A model generated the notes under the pieces. It made no database searches. It saw only the letters and a program-made list of their open reading frames with translations, and was not told the origin of the DNA. The position numbers and the translations under genes were made by a program. Below are positions 28,310-37,795 of a stretch of 64,000 nucleotides of DNA, in pieces (within the stretch, counting starts at the first letter, position 1; each line of letters opens with the position of its first letter). The DNA is from an uncultured Alteromonas sp. (lineage in GTDB: Bacteria; Bacteroidota; Bacteroidia; Flavobacteriales; Flavobacteriaceae), in the NCBI GenBank assembly GCA_964495885.1, contig CAZBWO010000011.1:18933-82932 (forward strand). Direction: 5' to 3'.

Positions 28310-30598
28310 ATGAAACATTTTATAAGTATTGTGCTTTTTTTGGTGGGAACATTGCTACATGCCCAAAATTTTGAAGATCAATGGCAAGGGCATTTTTCAT
28401 TTGTTTCCATAAAAGATATTTCAAAATCAGAGAGTAAGTTATATGTTGCTTCAGAGAATGCCATATTTATTTATGATCTAGCAACCAAAGAGATATCAAC
28501 GCGTACCACTCTTACGGGTTTGGATGGAAGCTTTATTTCAACCATACATTACAGTGAAGATTATGGGGTATTATTTATAGGGTACGAAAATGGTTTGATG
28601 GATGTACTTATTGATGGGGAAGAAGAAGTTTTAAAAGTTGTTGATATTGTTGAAAAACCGTCTATTCCTCCTAATGAAAAGAGAATTAATCATTTTAATG
28701 AATACAATGGGGTGCTCTATTTGTCAACTCAGTATGGTATTTCCCTATATGACATCGAAAGATTAGAATTTGGAGACTCCTATTTTATTGGGAACCAAGG
28801 TACGCGGATTAATGTTCTTCAAACAACCATCTTGGAGCCTTTTATCTATGCTGCCACTTCATTATCAAGTGAGGGATTAAAGCGGGCAGACGTAGAGAAC
28901 CCAAATCTTATTGATTTTGAAGAATGGACTACCATTAGGACTGGTGCTATGTTTGGGGTGCAAGCTTTTGCTGGAGATTTGTATTACGCAAGAACAAATA
29001 ACGCATTCTTCAAATTTCAGGAAGGTTCAGATCAACAAATTGCACAATTTTCCAATAGTTTAGTTGACTTTAGAGCTGATGATGATGTGCTAACCGTTAC
29101 TTCAGAAACGAGGGTTTCCGCATATGGACCCGGACCAACTTTACTTTCTACCTTAAATAGTCTGCCTGAAATAGATGACACCTATCAATGTGGTATGGCA
29201 CTTAACAACTTCTTTTACCTAGGGACTTCAGAAAACGGACTTTTAGAGGTGCCTTTTAACTCCACCAATTTTACACAAATTTTACCAGACGGGCCTATTT
29301 TAAATACTCCTTTCGCGATTGATACTAGCCCTGGTCAACTTTGGGTAGCCTTTGGCGACATTACTCAAACAAGCAATCCTTTTCCACTTAGTCGAAGGGG
29401 TATTTCCAATTTAAGAGATGGAGAGTGGCTTAATATTCCTTACGAAGAACTTTTTGGAGCAACAGACTTGGTAAATGTTACCATCAATCCAGACAACCCA
29501 AATGAGGTATATATAAGTTCTTATTACGAAGGTCTTCTAAAAATAGAAAATCAAGAACCGATAATACTTTATGATGAAACGAATAGTAATTTGGAAGAGT
29601 TTATTTATCCAAGCGGATCAAATACCGGGATTCGGCTTTATGGGTCTAAATTTGATGTAGAAGGAAACCTTTGGTTTGTTCAATCCCGTGCGCCAGAAGG
29701 TCTTTTAAGATTAACTCCTTCGCAGCAGGTGCAAAAAATAGATTTATCTTCAATTATTGAAGCTCCTGATGAACAGGCACTTCAGGATGTCGAAATTAGT
29801 AGAGAAGGATATATATTCATTGCAAGTACAAATAATGGTTTGCTTGGATATGACCCTGCATCAGATACTTTTAACAAGATTGGAGAAGGATTGGGGCAGG
29901 GAAACCTTCCTAAAAACAAAGTTGTTGCTTTAGATTTCGATCAAAATAATCGCCTTTGGATTGGAACAACAAATGGACTTAGAGTATTATTTACAGTAGG
30001 CGCTTTTTTTGATACAGGAGAAACCGTCGATGCTCAAGAGATTATTATTGAAGAAGATGGAGTGGCTCAGGAGCTTCTTTTTGAACAGAGCATTACAGAT
30101 ATTGAAACCGATGGTTCCAACAATAAATGGATTTCCACTTCAACCTCAGGAGTGTTTTATTTGTCTTCCAATGGACAAGAAACCTTGCTACGATTTACCA
30201 AAGACAATTCACCGCTTCCTTCCAATAACGTTCAGGATATAGCAATTGACAGCTCTACGGGTATTGTATATTTTGCTACTGTTAATGGATTGGTAGCCTT
30301 TAAAGGTACCTCCACCGCCCCAAGGGATAATCTTGAAAATGTATATGCCTTTCCCAACCCGGTCCGGCCCGGTTTTACCGGAAATGTGACAATAGATGGC
30401 CTTACAGATAATGCCAATGTAAAAATCACAGACATTGAAGGAAATTTGGTTTTTGAAACAACCAGTGAAGGCGGAAGTGTCCTTTGGGATACTACTGCTT
30501 TTGGCAAGTATAGGGTAGCTTCGGGGGTATATATGGTTTTGATTACTTCGGATGATGCCATAGAAACCAAAATCACCAAAATCATGGTTGTTCGGTAA
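28310..30598 (+). CDS. porZ: PorZ-like T9SS component: double beta-propeller (two-component-regulator propeller repeats) plus T9SS C-terminal domain
   Basis: 762 aa. Signal peptide, repeated ...NGL...G/...GT.NGL... propeller blades, and the CTD ...VYAFPNPVRPGFTGNVTIDGLTDNANVKITDIEGNLVFE...SGVYMVLI. The symbol is assigned by architecture only. Confidence 0.55.
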   Translation: MKHFISIVLFLVGTLLHAQNFEDQWQGHFSFVSIKDISKSESKLYVASENAIFIYDLATKEISTRTTLTGLDGSFISTIHYSEDYGVLFIGYENGLMDVLIDGEEEVLKVVDIVEKPSIPPNEKRINHFNEYNGVLYLSTQYGISLYDIERLEFGDSYFIGNQGTRINVLQTTILEPFIYAATSLSSEGLKRADVENPNLIDFEEWTTIRTGAMFGVQAFAGDLYYARTNNAFFKFQEGSDQQIAQFSNSLVDFRADDDVLTVTSETRVSAYGPGPTLLSTLNSLPEIDDTYQCGMALNNFFYLGTSENGLLEVPFNSTNFTQILPDGPILNTPFAIDTSPGQLWVAFGDITQTSNPFPLSRRGISNLRDGEWLNIPYEELFGATDLVNVTINPDNPNEVYISSYYEGLLKIENQEPIILYDETNSNLEEFIYPSGSNTGIRLYGSKFDVEGNLWFVQSRAPEGLLRLTPSQQVQKIDLSSIIEAPDEQALQDVEISREGYIFIASTNNGLLGYDPASDTFNKIGEGLGQGNLPKNKVVALDFDQNNRLWIGTTNGLRVLFTVGAFFDTGETVDAQEIIIEEDGVAQELLFEQSITDIETDGSNNKWISTSTSGVFYLSSNGQETLLRFTKDNSPLPSNNVQDIAIDSSTGIVYFATVNGLVAFKGTSTAPRDNLENVYAFPNPVRPGFTGNVTIDGLTDNANVKITDIEGNLVFETTSEGGSVLWDTTAFGKYRVASGVYMVLITSDDAIETKITKIMVVR

Positions 30599-30599
30599 T

Positions 30600-31316
30600 A
30601 TGCAAGTAAGTACCCGAGCCTTTGTTTTTTCTGCTGTAAAGTATGCTGAAGCTGATTTAATTGTTAGTTGTTTCACAGAAGAATACGGGCTTAAAAGTTA
30701 CCTTCTTAGAGGAATTCTAAAATCAAGAAAAGGAAAATTAAGAGCTTCCATGTTTCAGCCTCTCACGCAGCTTCAGCTGGAAGCCTTCCACAAAAACAAG
30801 GGTACGTTAGAGCGAATTCAGGAAGCAAAAGTCATTCAGCCATATCAAAGCCTCCAAACCGAAGTAGTGAAATCCTCATTATTGCTATTCCTCTCTGAAG
30901 TTTTAAAAAATTCGGTCAAAGAAGAGGAGACTAATATTCCACTGTATCAATTCATTTCCAAATCACTATACTGGCTGGATGATCACAATGAAATAGCTGC
31001 CTTCCACTTGCTTTTTTTGCTGAAACTTTCAGGGTTTTTAGGCTTCTACCCAGATTTCACAGAAAAAGATTGCACTTTTTTTCATCTACAGGAGGGTGTT
31101 TTTCAAAATCTGAAACAAGAATATTGTCAGCAAGGCCCTCATGTGGAAGCAATAAAATGGTTACATGGTAAATCCTATGAAAATCTCTATGAAAAGAAAA
31201 TTCCGAAAGAGGTTAGAATGGAGCTCCTGCAGCTTTTGCTAAATTATTATCAGTTGCATTTGCAAGGTTTCAGGATTCCAAAATCATTACCGGTATTGCA
31301 ACAAGTATTTCATTAA
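30600..31316 (+). CDS. recO: DNA repair protein RecO
   Basis: MQVSTRAFVFSAVKYAEADLIVSCFTEEYGLKSYLLRG is a RecO OB-fold N-terminus. ATG 30600 lies 1 nt after the porZ-like stop, whereas the track ATG 30588 overlaps it. Confidence 0.85.
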   Translation: MQVSTRAFVFSAVKYAEADLIVSCFTEEYGLKSYLLRGILKSRKGKLRASMFQPLTQLQLEAFHKNKGTLERIQEAKVIQPYQSLQTEVVKSSLLLFLSEVLKNSVKEEETNIPLYQFISKSLYWLDDHNEIAAFHLLFLLKLSGFLGFYPDFTEKDCTFFHLQEGVFQNLKQEYCQQGPHVEAIKWLHGKSYENLYEKKIPKEVRMELLQLLLNYYQLHLQGFRIPKSLPVLQQVFH

Positions 31317-33880
31317 GCACTGTTTCGGCTTGCATTGATATTTCCGAACAAGGAACGGGTTACCATCTTTTCATAGGTAGCGATTAAATTTGGGTCTCCT
31401 TGTTGTTTTTTCAATTGCTGAATTTCCTTCAATGCAAATTGTTGGATCGTCAACAAAGGAAGCACGATTTTTTCCCTCACCGCAATGGAAGCTCGCATGG
31501 CTTTACTGTCTTCCATTAATTCTTGATAGCCAGTGAGTTCTAAAAGTAATGACTTGCTACGGTTGAATTCTGCATAGATTAGTGACCAAAATTCACCAAA
31601 CTCCGGATCATTTTTCATGTAAGCCGTTAACGGAAAAAATGATTTGGTCAAACTCATCATACTGTTTTCCAATAGCGTTTTAAAAAAGGCAGATTTGTGA
31701 TACAATTGCACCACTTTTTCAAATTGTCCCTGTTCTTTATACCATTCCAAAGCAATTCCTACCCCATAAAAGCCCGGGACGTTCTGTTTAAGTTGGCTCC
31801 AGCTTCCCACAAATGGAATTGCTCTAAGATCGCTAAATACCAGTTCTGTGCTTTTTCCTCTTTTGGAGGGTCTACTCCCAATATTTGTTTTGGCGTAGTA
31901 TTTTAGGGTACTCATTTCTTCCAAATAAGGAAGGAATTTTGGATGGCTTTTAAAATTCTTATAGGCTTCATAACTTAACTTGGCCAATTGGTCCATAGTT
32001 TCGCGTTCTTCCTCAGAAATGATGGCTTCTTCATCCCTAAAGACTTCATTGGAAATCCCAGAACTTAACAATTGTTCCATATTATATTGGCAGGAATCTA
32101 CTGTTCCAAAATTAGAACTAATGGTTTGCCCTTGAATGGTGAGTTGAACTTCATCATGTTCAATGGTGTTGCCTAAGGAAGCGTAAAATTGGTGGGTTTT
32201 TCCACCACCCCTAGCTGGTGGTCCGCCCCGTCCATCAAAAAACATCACAGTTATTCCATACTTTCTGGAGATTGCTGTTAGTCGTTCCTTGGCAGTGAAA
32301 ATACTCCAATTTGCCATTAAATATCCACCATCTTTTGTGCCATCACTAAAGCCTAACATAATAGTTTGGCGTTGCCCTCTTCTTTGTAAATGGGCAGCAT
32401 AAGCCTTATTGGTGTAGAGTGTTTCCATTACCTGGTCTGCCACTAATAAATCGTCAACGGTTTCAAATAGCGGAATGACATCTACGGAAGGAGATTCCCA
32501 ATCACTTAAACGAATCATTGCGAAAGCTTCCAATACATTTACAACACTTCCGTTATTGCTAATCACATAGCGATTACAACCTTGTTCGCCATTGTACTTT
32601 TGAATGTCTTTTATGGCATAAATGGAAGCAATGGTTTTTTGTGCCATTTCATCAGAAAGGGATTTGGGATCCAACGAACCCGTAAGTGTACTTAAGGCCT
32701 CAATCTTTTCCTCATCTGAAAGAGTTTCATAGGGTTGGTCAAATAAGTTAGGATGATCCTTTGCAATAGCATTCATTACATGACTATGCACCCTTGAATC
32801 CTGCCGGATATCTAAACTGGCAAAATACAACCCGAAGAGCGTTACTTTATTGATCAAATCTACCACTTGGTCTACAAATAGGGACTGATGTTGTTCTTTT
32901 AATACCTCCTTCAACGATTGAAGTACCTCCAAAATTTCCTCAGCCTTAATGGATCCTTTGTGCAAAGGAAGATTCATCTCCTTGTAGATTTTGTTTTCAA
33001 GAAAAATCACTTTTTCTTCGGCTCCCTTGAACGTGATTCTTCGTCTTAGTTTCCGAAGGTCTTTATGGTAATTTTTTAAGATAGTTTGTCGTAAACGTTC
33101 TGCCACTTTTATTGTGGTTTCCGTAGTCACAAAAGGATTTCCGTCACGGTCGCCTCCTGGCCAAAACCCTAAATTGATTACTTGATTTTCTAAAAGTTCT
33201 CCTTCAAAAATGTTATTCTGGATGTAATCATAAATATTGGTTACTGCATCGTAAAAAACATTTTCCAAATACCAAATAAGGCTTACCGCTTCATCATAAG
33301 GAGTAGGTTTGGTTTTTTTGAAAAACGGGGTTTTTCCTAGTTGAGCCAATAATTGTTTGATGATTTCCAATTCATTATTATGGATGGCATCTGCTAAATC
33401 TGTAATAATCCCCAAAACGCTCCCAGGATAAAATTGGGTAGGGTGAGCTGTAAGCACCGGTCTAATCTTAAACCGTTCCAAGTAGTGTTTTAAAGCTTCT
33501 TTTTTGTTTTTGTCTTCAGCTTCTTCACGAACATTTCGGAGGGTACCTCTACCATCCATATTGTTTATAATAGGAAAAGTGGCTTCTTCAATGGCATCAA
33601 AAAGAACCACTTGTCGCTCAATGTATTGGATAAACCGAAAGAGTAAATTATTCCGCTCCTCCAGTGAAGGATTGTTTCGGTATTGTTTAAAAAACTGTTC
33701 CACGATTTCCGTGGGATTATTTTTTGCCTCAAAGCCTTTCTCACAAATTTCCTGAAAAAGAGGCAATAAGACCCCTGTGTGCGTGATGGCATCAAAAGGC
33801 AGGGTCATAAAAATACTATTGTATATCTGGTACTTTGAAAGTACGTGCTGCTGAAAGCGCTCTTCCTTGGTGTATCTCAT
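31313..33880 (-). CDS. ppc: Phosphoenolpyruvate carboxylase
   Basis: 855 aa. ...VLTAHPTQ..., ...GFWPGGDRDGNP..., ...MLGFSDGTKDGG..., ...FDGRGGPPARGGG... and C-terminal ...NASRNSA. Confidence 0.95.
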   Translation of the reverse strand: MRYTKEERFQQHVLSKYQIYNSIFMTLPFDAITHTGVLLPLFQEICEKGFEAKNNPTEIVEQFFKQYRNNPSLEERNNLLFRFIQYIERQVVLFDAIEEATFPIINNMDGRGTLRNVREEAEDKNKKEALKHYLERFKIRPVLTAHPTQFYPGSVLGIITDLADAIHNNELEIIKQLLAQLGKTPFFKKTKPTPYDEAVSLIWYLENVFYDAVTNIYDYIQNNIFEGELLENQVINLGFWPGGDRDGNPFVTTETTIKVAERLRQTILKNYHKDLRKLRRRITFKGAEEKVIFLENKIYKEMNLPLHKGSIKAEEILEVLQSLKEVLKEQHQSLFVDQVVDLINKVTLFGLYFASLDIRQDSRVHSHVMNAIAKDHPNLFDQPYETLSDEEKIEALSTLTGSLDPKSLSDEMAQKTIASIYAIKDIQKYNGEQGCNRYVISNNGSVVNVLEAFAMIRLSDWESPSVDVIPLFETVDDLLVADQVMETLYTNKAYAAHLQRRGQRQTIMLGFSDGTKDGGYLMANWSIFTAKERLTAISRKYGITVMFFDGRGGPPARGGGKTHQFYASLGNTIEHDEVQLTIQGQTISSNFGTVDSCQYNMEQLLSSGISNEVFRDEEAIISEEERETMDQLAKLSYEAYKNFKSHPKFLPYLEEMSTLKYYAKTNIGSRPSKRGKSTELVFSDLRAIPFVGSWSQLKQNVPGFYGVGIALEWYKEQGQFEKVVQLYHKSAFFKTLLENSMMSLTKSFFPLTAYMKNDPEFGEFWSLIYAEFNRSKSLLLELTGYQELMEDSKAMRASIAVREKIVLPLLTIQQFALKEIQQLKKQQGDPNLIATYEKMVTRSLFGNINASRNSA

Positions 33881-33919
33881 GCTATTCTATTAAATACTAA
33901 GTTAGGGAATAAGCAGCAC

Positions 33920-33950
33920 AAAAAAAACCCGCCATGGAAAAGGCGGGTTT
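33920..33950 (-). terminator. Rho-independent terminator downstream of the TonB-dependent receptor gene
   Basis: The minus strand reads AAACCCGCCttttccatGGCGGGTTTTTTTT, starting 10 nt after the stop at 33960. Confidence 0.75.
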
Positions 33951-33959
33951 AAATGATTG

Positions 33960-36365
33960 TTAAAATTTCGCCCGAAGGGCTAAAATAAGGTTGCGGCCTG
34001 CCCCTGAAATACCAGAGCTATAGGGCCTATATCTTCTGTCTGTGATATTTTCAAGTCCGCCGTTGATGGAAATCATCTCGGTCAACTCGTAATTTGCCTT
34101 GAAATTCAAAGTGTACCATCCTGGTGCATAGGGATTGCCATCGTCATTGATGGCGTAAATTTCCGTTTTGCCTTTTTCCCCTTCCGGAAGATCCTCAAAA
34201 GTGACTTCCCCGCTATAGTCTACATACATTTGCATACGCAATTTCTGTGTTCTGAAATTCAAACGGGAAACTCCAAACCAAGGCGCAGCGTGGCGTGACG
34301 GACTCGTAGTGCCGTCATCCAATTCTTCTTCTCCCTTTTGATAGTTGAAATCTGAAGAAAAACCAAATCCGGCAGGCAGTTTTACTTCCACACCTGCTTG
34401 AATTCCCCATACTTTAGCTTCAGCAGCATTTTGAATGGCCTGTACTTGGCTTAATTCACCATCATATACTATGCTATCTTGTCCGTTTAGCTGAAAATCT
34501 CTACGTACCAAGGCATTTTTCAGCAAGGTATAATAGGCAGAAACATCTACTTTAACTGTTTTGTTGAATATTTTGGCGACACCCACATCCCCGTTATAGG
34601 CATATTCTGCTTCCAAATCAGGATTTGGCACTACTACCGATCCAGCTTCAGAATCAAACACTTTTCCCATATCATCTACATTGGGTGCCCTAAAAGCAGT
34701 TGCTGCATTGGCACTAATCACCCAATCCCTTGAAGGGCGGTACACTGCTCCTAAGTTTCCAGTAAGAGCGCCATTATCTAATTTAGCAGTTTCAAATGGG
34801 AATGGATAAAACCGGGTATCAAAGTCTGCATTAAGAATAAAGTGATTGTAACGAAGACCGCCTTGTAATACCACTTTATCATTTATTTTAAAATGATCTG
34901 AAACATATGCTGCATAAGAAGACCAATCTGCATAGGGATATCGTGCAGGACCTTCTGTACTTGTACCTGTTTCAATATTGGTGTCTGTGCCGTTGGAACG
35001 TACATCATCAAAAACCACTTCAAGACCATAAAAGAGGGTATGCCTTTCCCCGATAGATTTAGTAAAATCTAAATTTCCAGAGTAGGCGTACACTTTTTCT
35101 ACTCGTGTTTCCCGTGTTGCATCATTGAAATTTCTACTAATTCTACTTTCTTCAAAGTTTTGAATCGCTAGTCTTAGTGCCATTTCATCGTATACTTTAT
35201 TAGACCCATTGTTGGTGATGTTGAGGTTGTTCATCATCCATTTTTGGGGGCCATAGCTCCATTCTCCATAGCGGGGACCACCATTACGGGTTCTAAGATG
35301 GCGGTCATATCTTCCGTAATCTGAAGTTTCCGAATAATGAAATCCGTACTGAAAATCCCACCTTTTGTTCGGCTTAAAACGTACCTTTTGCATCATGTTA
35401 ATTTGGCTGTAGCCGGAAGGAGCCTGTACCTTTGGATCTTCATTGGTCACCACAACATCCATGCTATCTTGTCTCTTCACATAGTATGGGCGAAGGAATT
35501 CAGCGGGGCCGCGGCTTCCCTGTTTAAGGTCGTCGTAATCATTGGCTGAAATACTAGAAACAAAAGCCCACTTTTTCCAACCAACATTTACATCAAAATG
35601 TGCGGTTTTCTCATTGTTTGCTGTGGCATACCGAGTAACAGCTTTTCCCATAACAAAAGTTTTGTCACTTACAGAAAGTTCTGGCACCAATGTTTGAAAA
35701 CTCATGACGCCTCCAATGGCGTCGCTTCCATAGATTACGGCATCGGGGCCAAAGAGCACTTCGGCGCGTTCCATGGCAAAGGGATCAAGTGAAATCACAT
35801 TTTGGAGATTTCCACCTCTAAAGATTGCGGTGTTCATGCGTATACCATCTACAGTATACAACAATCGATTGGTTGAAAAACCCCTAATCATAGGGCTTCC
35901 GCCTCCCTGCTGACTTTTTTGGATAAAGACTTTCCCTGAAGCCCCTAACAAATCTGCTGCAGTTTGCGGGTTCTGAAGGGCCGCGGTTTGAGGGGAGATG
36001 GAAATGATTTTAGATGGAATGTCTGAAGTAGATTGATTCCATCGCGTAGCTGAAATAACCACTTGATCGATACTTATATTGGAGAGAGGCATCGCCAATA
36101 GGAAGTCAGTAGCTTCTAATTCGTCAAAACTTCGAATTAGTGTTTCATACCCTAGGGTTCTTATTTCTATAGTTTCGGCACCTTGGAAAGCCGTAATGTC
36201 TGCTTGTCCTTCGGCATTGGTTGTTGTAAAGGCTTTAGGATTGGAACTCATTAAAGTAACCAAATCCAAGGGCTGTCCAGATTCTTCATCGGTAATGGTA
36301 ATCACCTGTGAGAACATCCCTTGGGCAATACAAATCATTGCCCAAAAAAATATAAATTTTTTCAT
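33960..36365 (-). CDS. TonB-dependent receptor with CarboxypepD_reg-like N-terminal domain
   Basis: 801 aa. Signal peptide, plug (...GGGSPMIRGFS..NRLLYTVDGIRMN...) and a C-terminal barrel ending ...LILALRAKF. Confidence 0.9.
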   Translation of the reverse strand: MKKFIFFWAMICIAQGMFSQVITITDEESGQPLDLVTLMSSNPKAFTTTNAEGQADITAFQGAETIEIRTLGYETLIRSFDELEATDFLLAMPLSNISIDQVVISATRWNQSTSDIPSKIISISPQTAALQNPQTAADLLGASGKVFIQKSQQGGGSPMIRGFSTNRLLYTVDGIRMNTAIFRGGNLQNVISLDPFAMERAEVLFGPDAVIYGSDAIGGVMSFQTLVPELSVSDKTFVMGKAVTRYATANNEKTAHFDVNVGWKKWAFVSSISANDYDDLKQGSRGPAEFLRPYYVKRQDSMDVVVTNEDPKVQAPSGYSQINMMQKVRFKPNKRWDFQYGFHYSETSDYGRYDRHLRTRNGGPRYGEWSYGPQKWMMNNLNITNNGSNKVYDEMALRLAIQNFEESRISRNFNDATRETRVEKVYAYSGNLDFTKSIGERHTLFYGLEVVFDDVRSNGTDTNIETGTSTEGPARYPYADWSSYAAYVSDHFKINDKVVLQGGLRYNHFILNADFDTRFYPFPFETAKLDNGALTGNLGAVYRPSRDWVISANAATAFRAPNVDDMGKVFDSEAGSVVVPNPDLEAEYAYNGDVGVAKIFNKTVKVDVSAYYTLLKNALVRRDFQLNGQDSIVYDGELSQVQAIQNAAEAKVWGIQAGVEVKLPAGFGFSSDFNYQKGEEELDDGTTSPSRHAAPWFGVSRLNFRTQKLRMQMYVDYSGEVTFEDLPEGEKGKTEIYAINDDGNPYAPGWYTLNFKANYELTEMISINGGLENITDRRYRPYSSGISGAGRNLILALRAKF

Positions 36366-36430
36366 CAGTTTTGATTTTCATTTAAAAAAAAGCCTGTAGC
36401 AAAATATTGCCACAAAAATTGTACTAAAGT

Positions 36431-36964
36431 TTAAATGAAATTCGGAGGAGGTGATTGCTCTTCCAAATGGATCGATTGGTAGTGGCAACAATACTTAAAC
36501 ATTTGTGTTGCATATAGTGTGTAGGCTGTGGGAGTTTCCCACAAATTGTGCTCTATTAGGAATAAAGAGTGGAAGAACTGAAAAAGCTGTTGTTGTTTCT
36601 TATGTTGATTAGAATCATTTCCATAGGTAATGGCCAGGAGTTGTTCCAGTTTTTTGTTCAATTTGGTTTCCTTGGCGTCTTTCCAGCACCAGAAATAATA
36701 TTTTCCTTCATGCTTTCGGCGCTTCACAATATCATACATGACACCTTTAAACTTGAATTCTTTTTCATGTTCCCATTCCAATGCGGTTTGTAGTTCGTTT
36801 TCTGAAAAAACGAGCAATTCCAAGTCATCGTCACTAAGCTGGGAAATGAGCAGGTGTTTGACTTCCTTTTTGATGCTTTTTTGATGATATTCAAACCAAA
36901 TCCATGTACTTAAAGCAGGAGCCATAAGTGATAAAAGCAAAAAGATGCCAATGAATTTTTTCAA
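36431..36964 (-). CDS. Hypothetical N-terminally anchored protein
   Basis: 177 aa, a single N-terminal TM, K/E/Q-rich. TTG start and no in-frame ATG nearby. It sits directly upstream of the receptor gene. Confidence 0.45.
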   Translation of the reverse strand: MKKFIGIFLLLSLMAPALSTWIWFEYHQKSIKKEVKHLLISQLSDDDLELLVFSENELQTALEWEHEKEFKFKGVMYDIVKRRKHEGKYYFWCWKDAKETKLNKKLEQLLAITYGNDSNQHKKQQQLFQFFHSLFLIEHNLWETPTAYTLYATQMFKYCCHYQSIHLEEQSPPPNFI

Positions 36965-37032
36965 AAGTAGGTTGGTTTGAGGGCAAATGTAACTAAAAAT
37001 AGGTAAGTTTATACAACCGCAAGTATTTAGTT

Positions 37033-37791
37033 TTGAAAGAAAGAAAGACCCTCATTTCTTTTGTGATTCTAATTTTTTTTACATTCTCGGTTGTTTGTCA
37101 AATAAATAATGAATCCTCAAATGACACCCTCAAGGGAAAATTCCCCTACAAAAAATTTATTGTGCCTTCAGCGCTTATTATTACAGGGATTGTTGGTTTA
37201 GAAAGCCATACCCTTAAAGACCTTAGCACTCAAGTGCAGAATGAGGTCAATGAGCATATAGATGATCAAGTAACTATTGATGATTTTTCTCAATATGCTC
37301 CAATGGCTTCTGTCTATGTGCTCAATGCTACAGGTATAGAAGGAAAACACCGTTTTAAGGAACGTACTATTTTATTGGCAAGTTCGTATTTACTAACTGC
37401 TTCTACCGTATTGCTTACCAAAAAAGGGTCTAATGTGTTGAGACCAGATGGGAGTAGTCAAAATTCTTTTCCCTCTGGGCATACCGCTACAGCATTTGTT
37501 GGAGCCGAGTTCTTGTGGCAAGAATATAAAGATGTTTCTGTTTGGTATGGTATTGCAGGCTATGTGGTGGCCACAGGAACAGGTCTCTTTAGGGTATATA
37601 ATGATCGCCATTGGTTAAATGATGTGATCATGGGAGCGGGTGTAGGAATGCTATGTACAAAATTTGCCTATTGGATTCACCCTTTTGTAACTCAGAAACT
37701 ACTTCCTAAAAACGAAAGAAATACCCAAACCGCCATTGTTCCATTTTATAATGGAGAGCAGGCAGGCTTGGGTATGGTTTTACAATTTTAA
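37033..37791 (+). CDS. PAP2-superfamily phosphatase (membrane)
   Basis: The PAP2 motifs are KxxxxxxRP-like (KKGSNVLRPDG), PSGHT and SRVYNDRHWLNDV. TTG start. Confidence 0.8.
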   Translation: MKERKTLISFVILIFFTFSVVCQINNESSNDTLKGKFPYKKFIVPSALIITGIVGLESHTLKDLSTQVQNEVNEHIDDQVTIDDFSQYAPMASVYVLNATGIEGKHRFKERTILLASSYLLTASTVLLTKKGSNVLRPDGSSQNSFPSGHTATAFVGAEFLWQEYKDVSVWYGIAGYVVATGTGLFRVYNDRHWLNDVIMGAGVGMLCTKFAYWIHPFVTQKLLPKNERNTQTAIVPFYNGEQAGLGMVLQF

Positions 37792-37795
37792 AAAA

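Noticed and set aside
30209-30676. 155-aa and 117-aa minus-strand ORFs across the porZ-like/recO junction
   Set aside because: They are antisense to two well-supported genes and have no motifs.
36398-36417. Imperfect hairpin (TGTAGCA...TGCCACA) followed on the minus strand by T8, downstream of the 36431 gene
   Set aside because: The 7-bp stem has a mismatch and low GC content. It is plausible as a weak terminator or attenuator before the TonB receptor gene, but it is not convincing enough to list.
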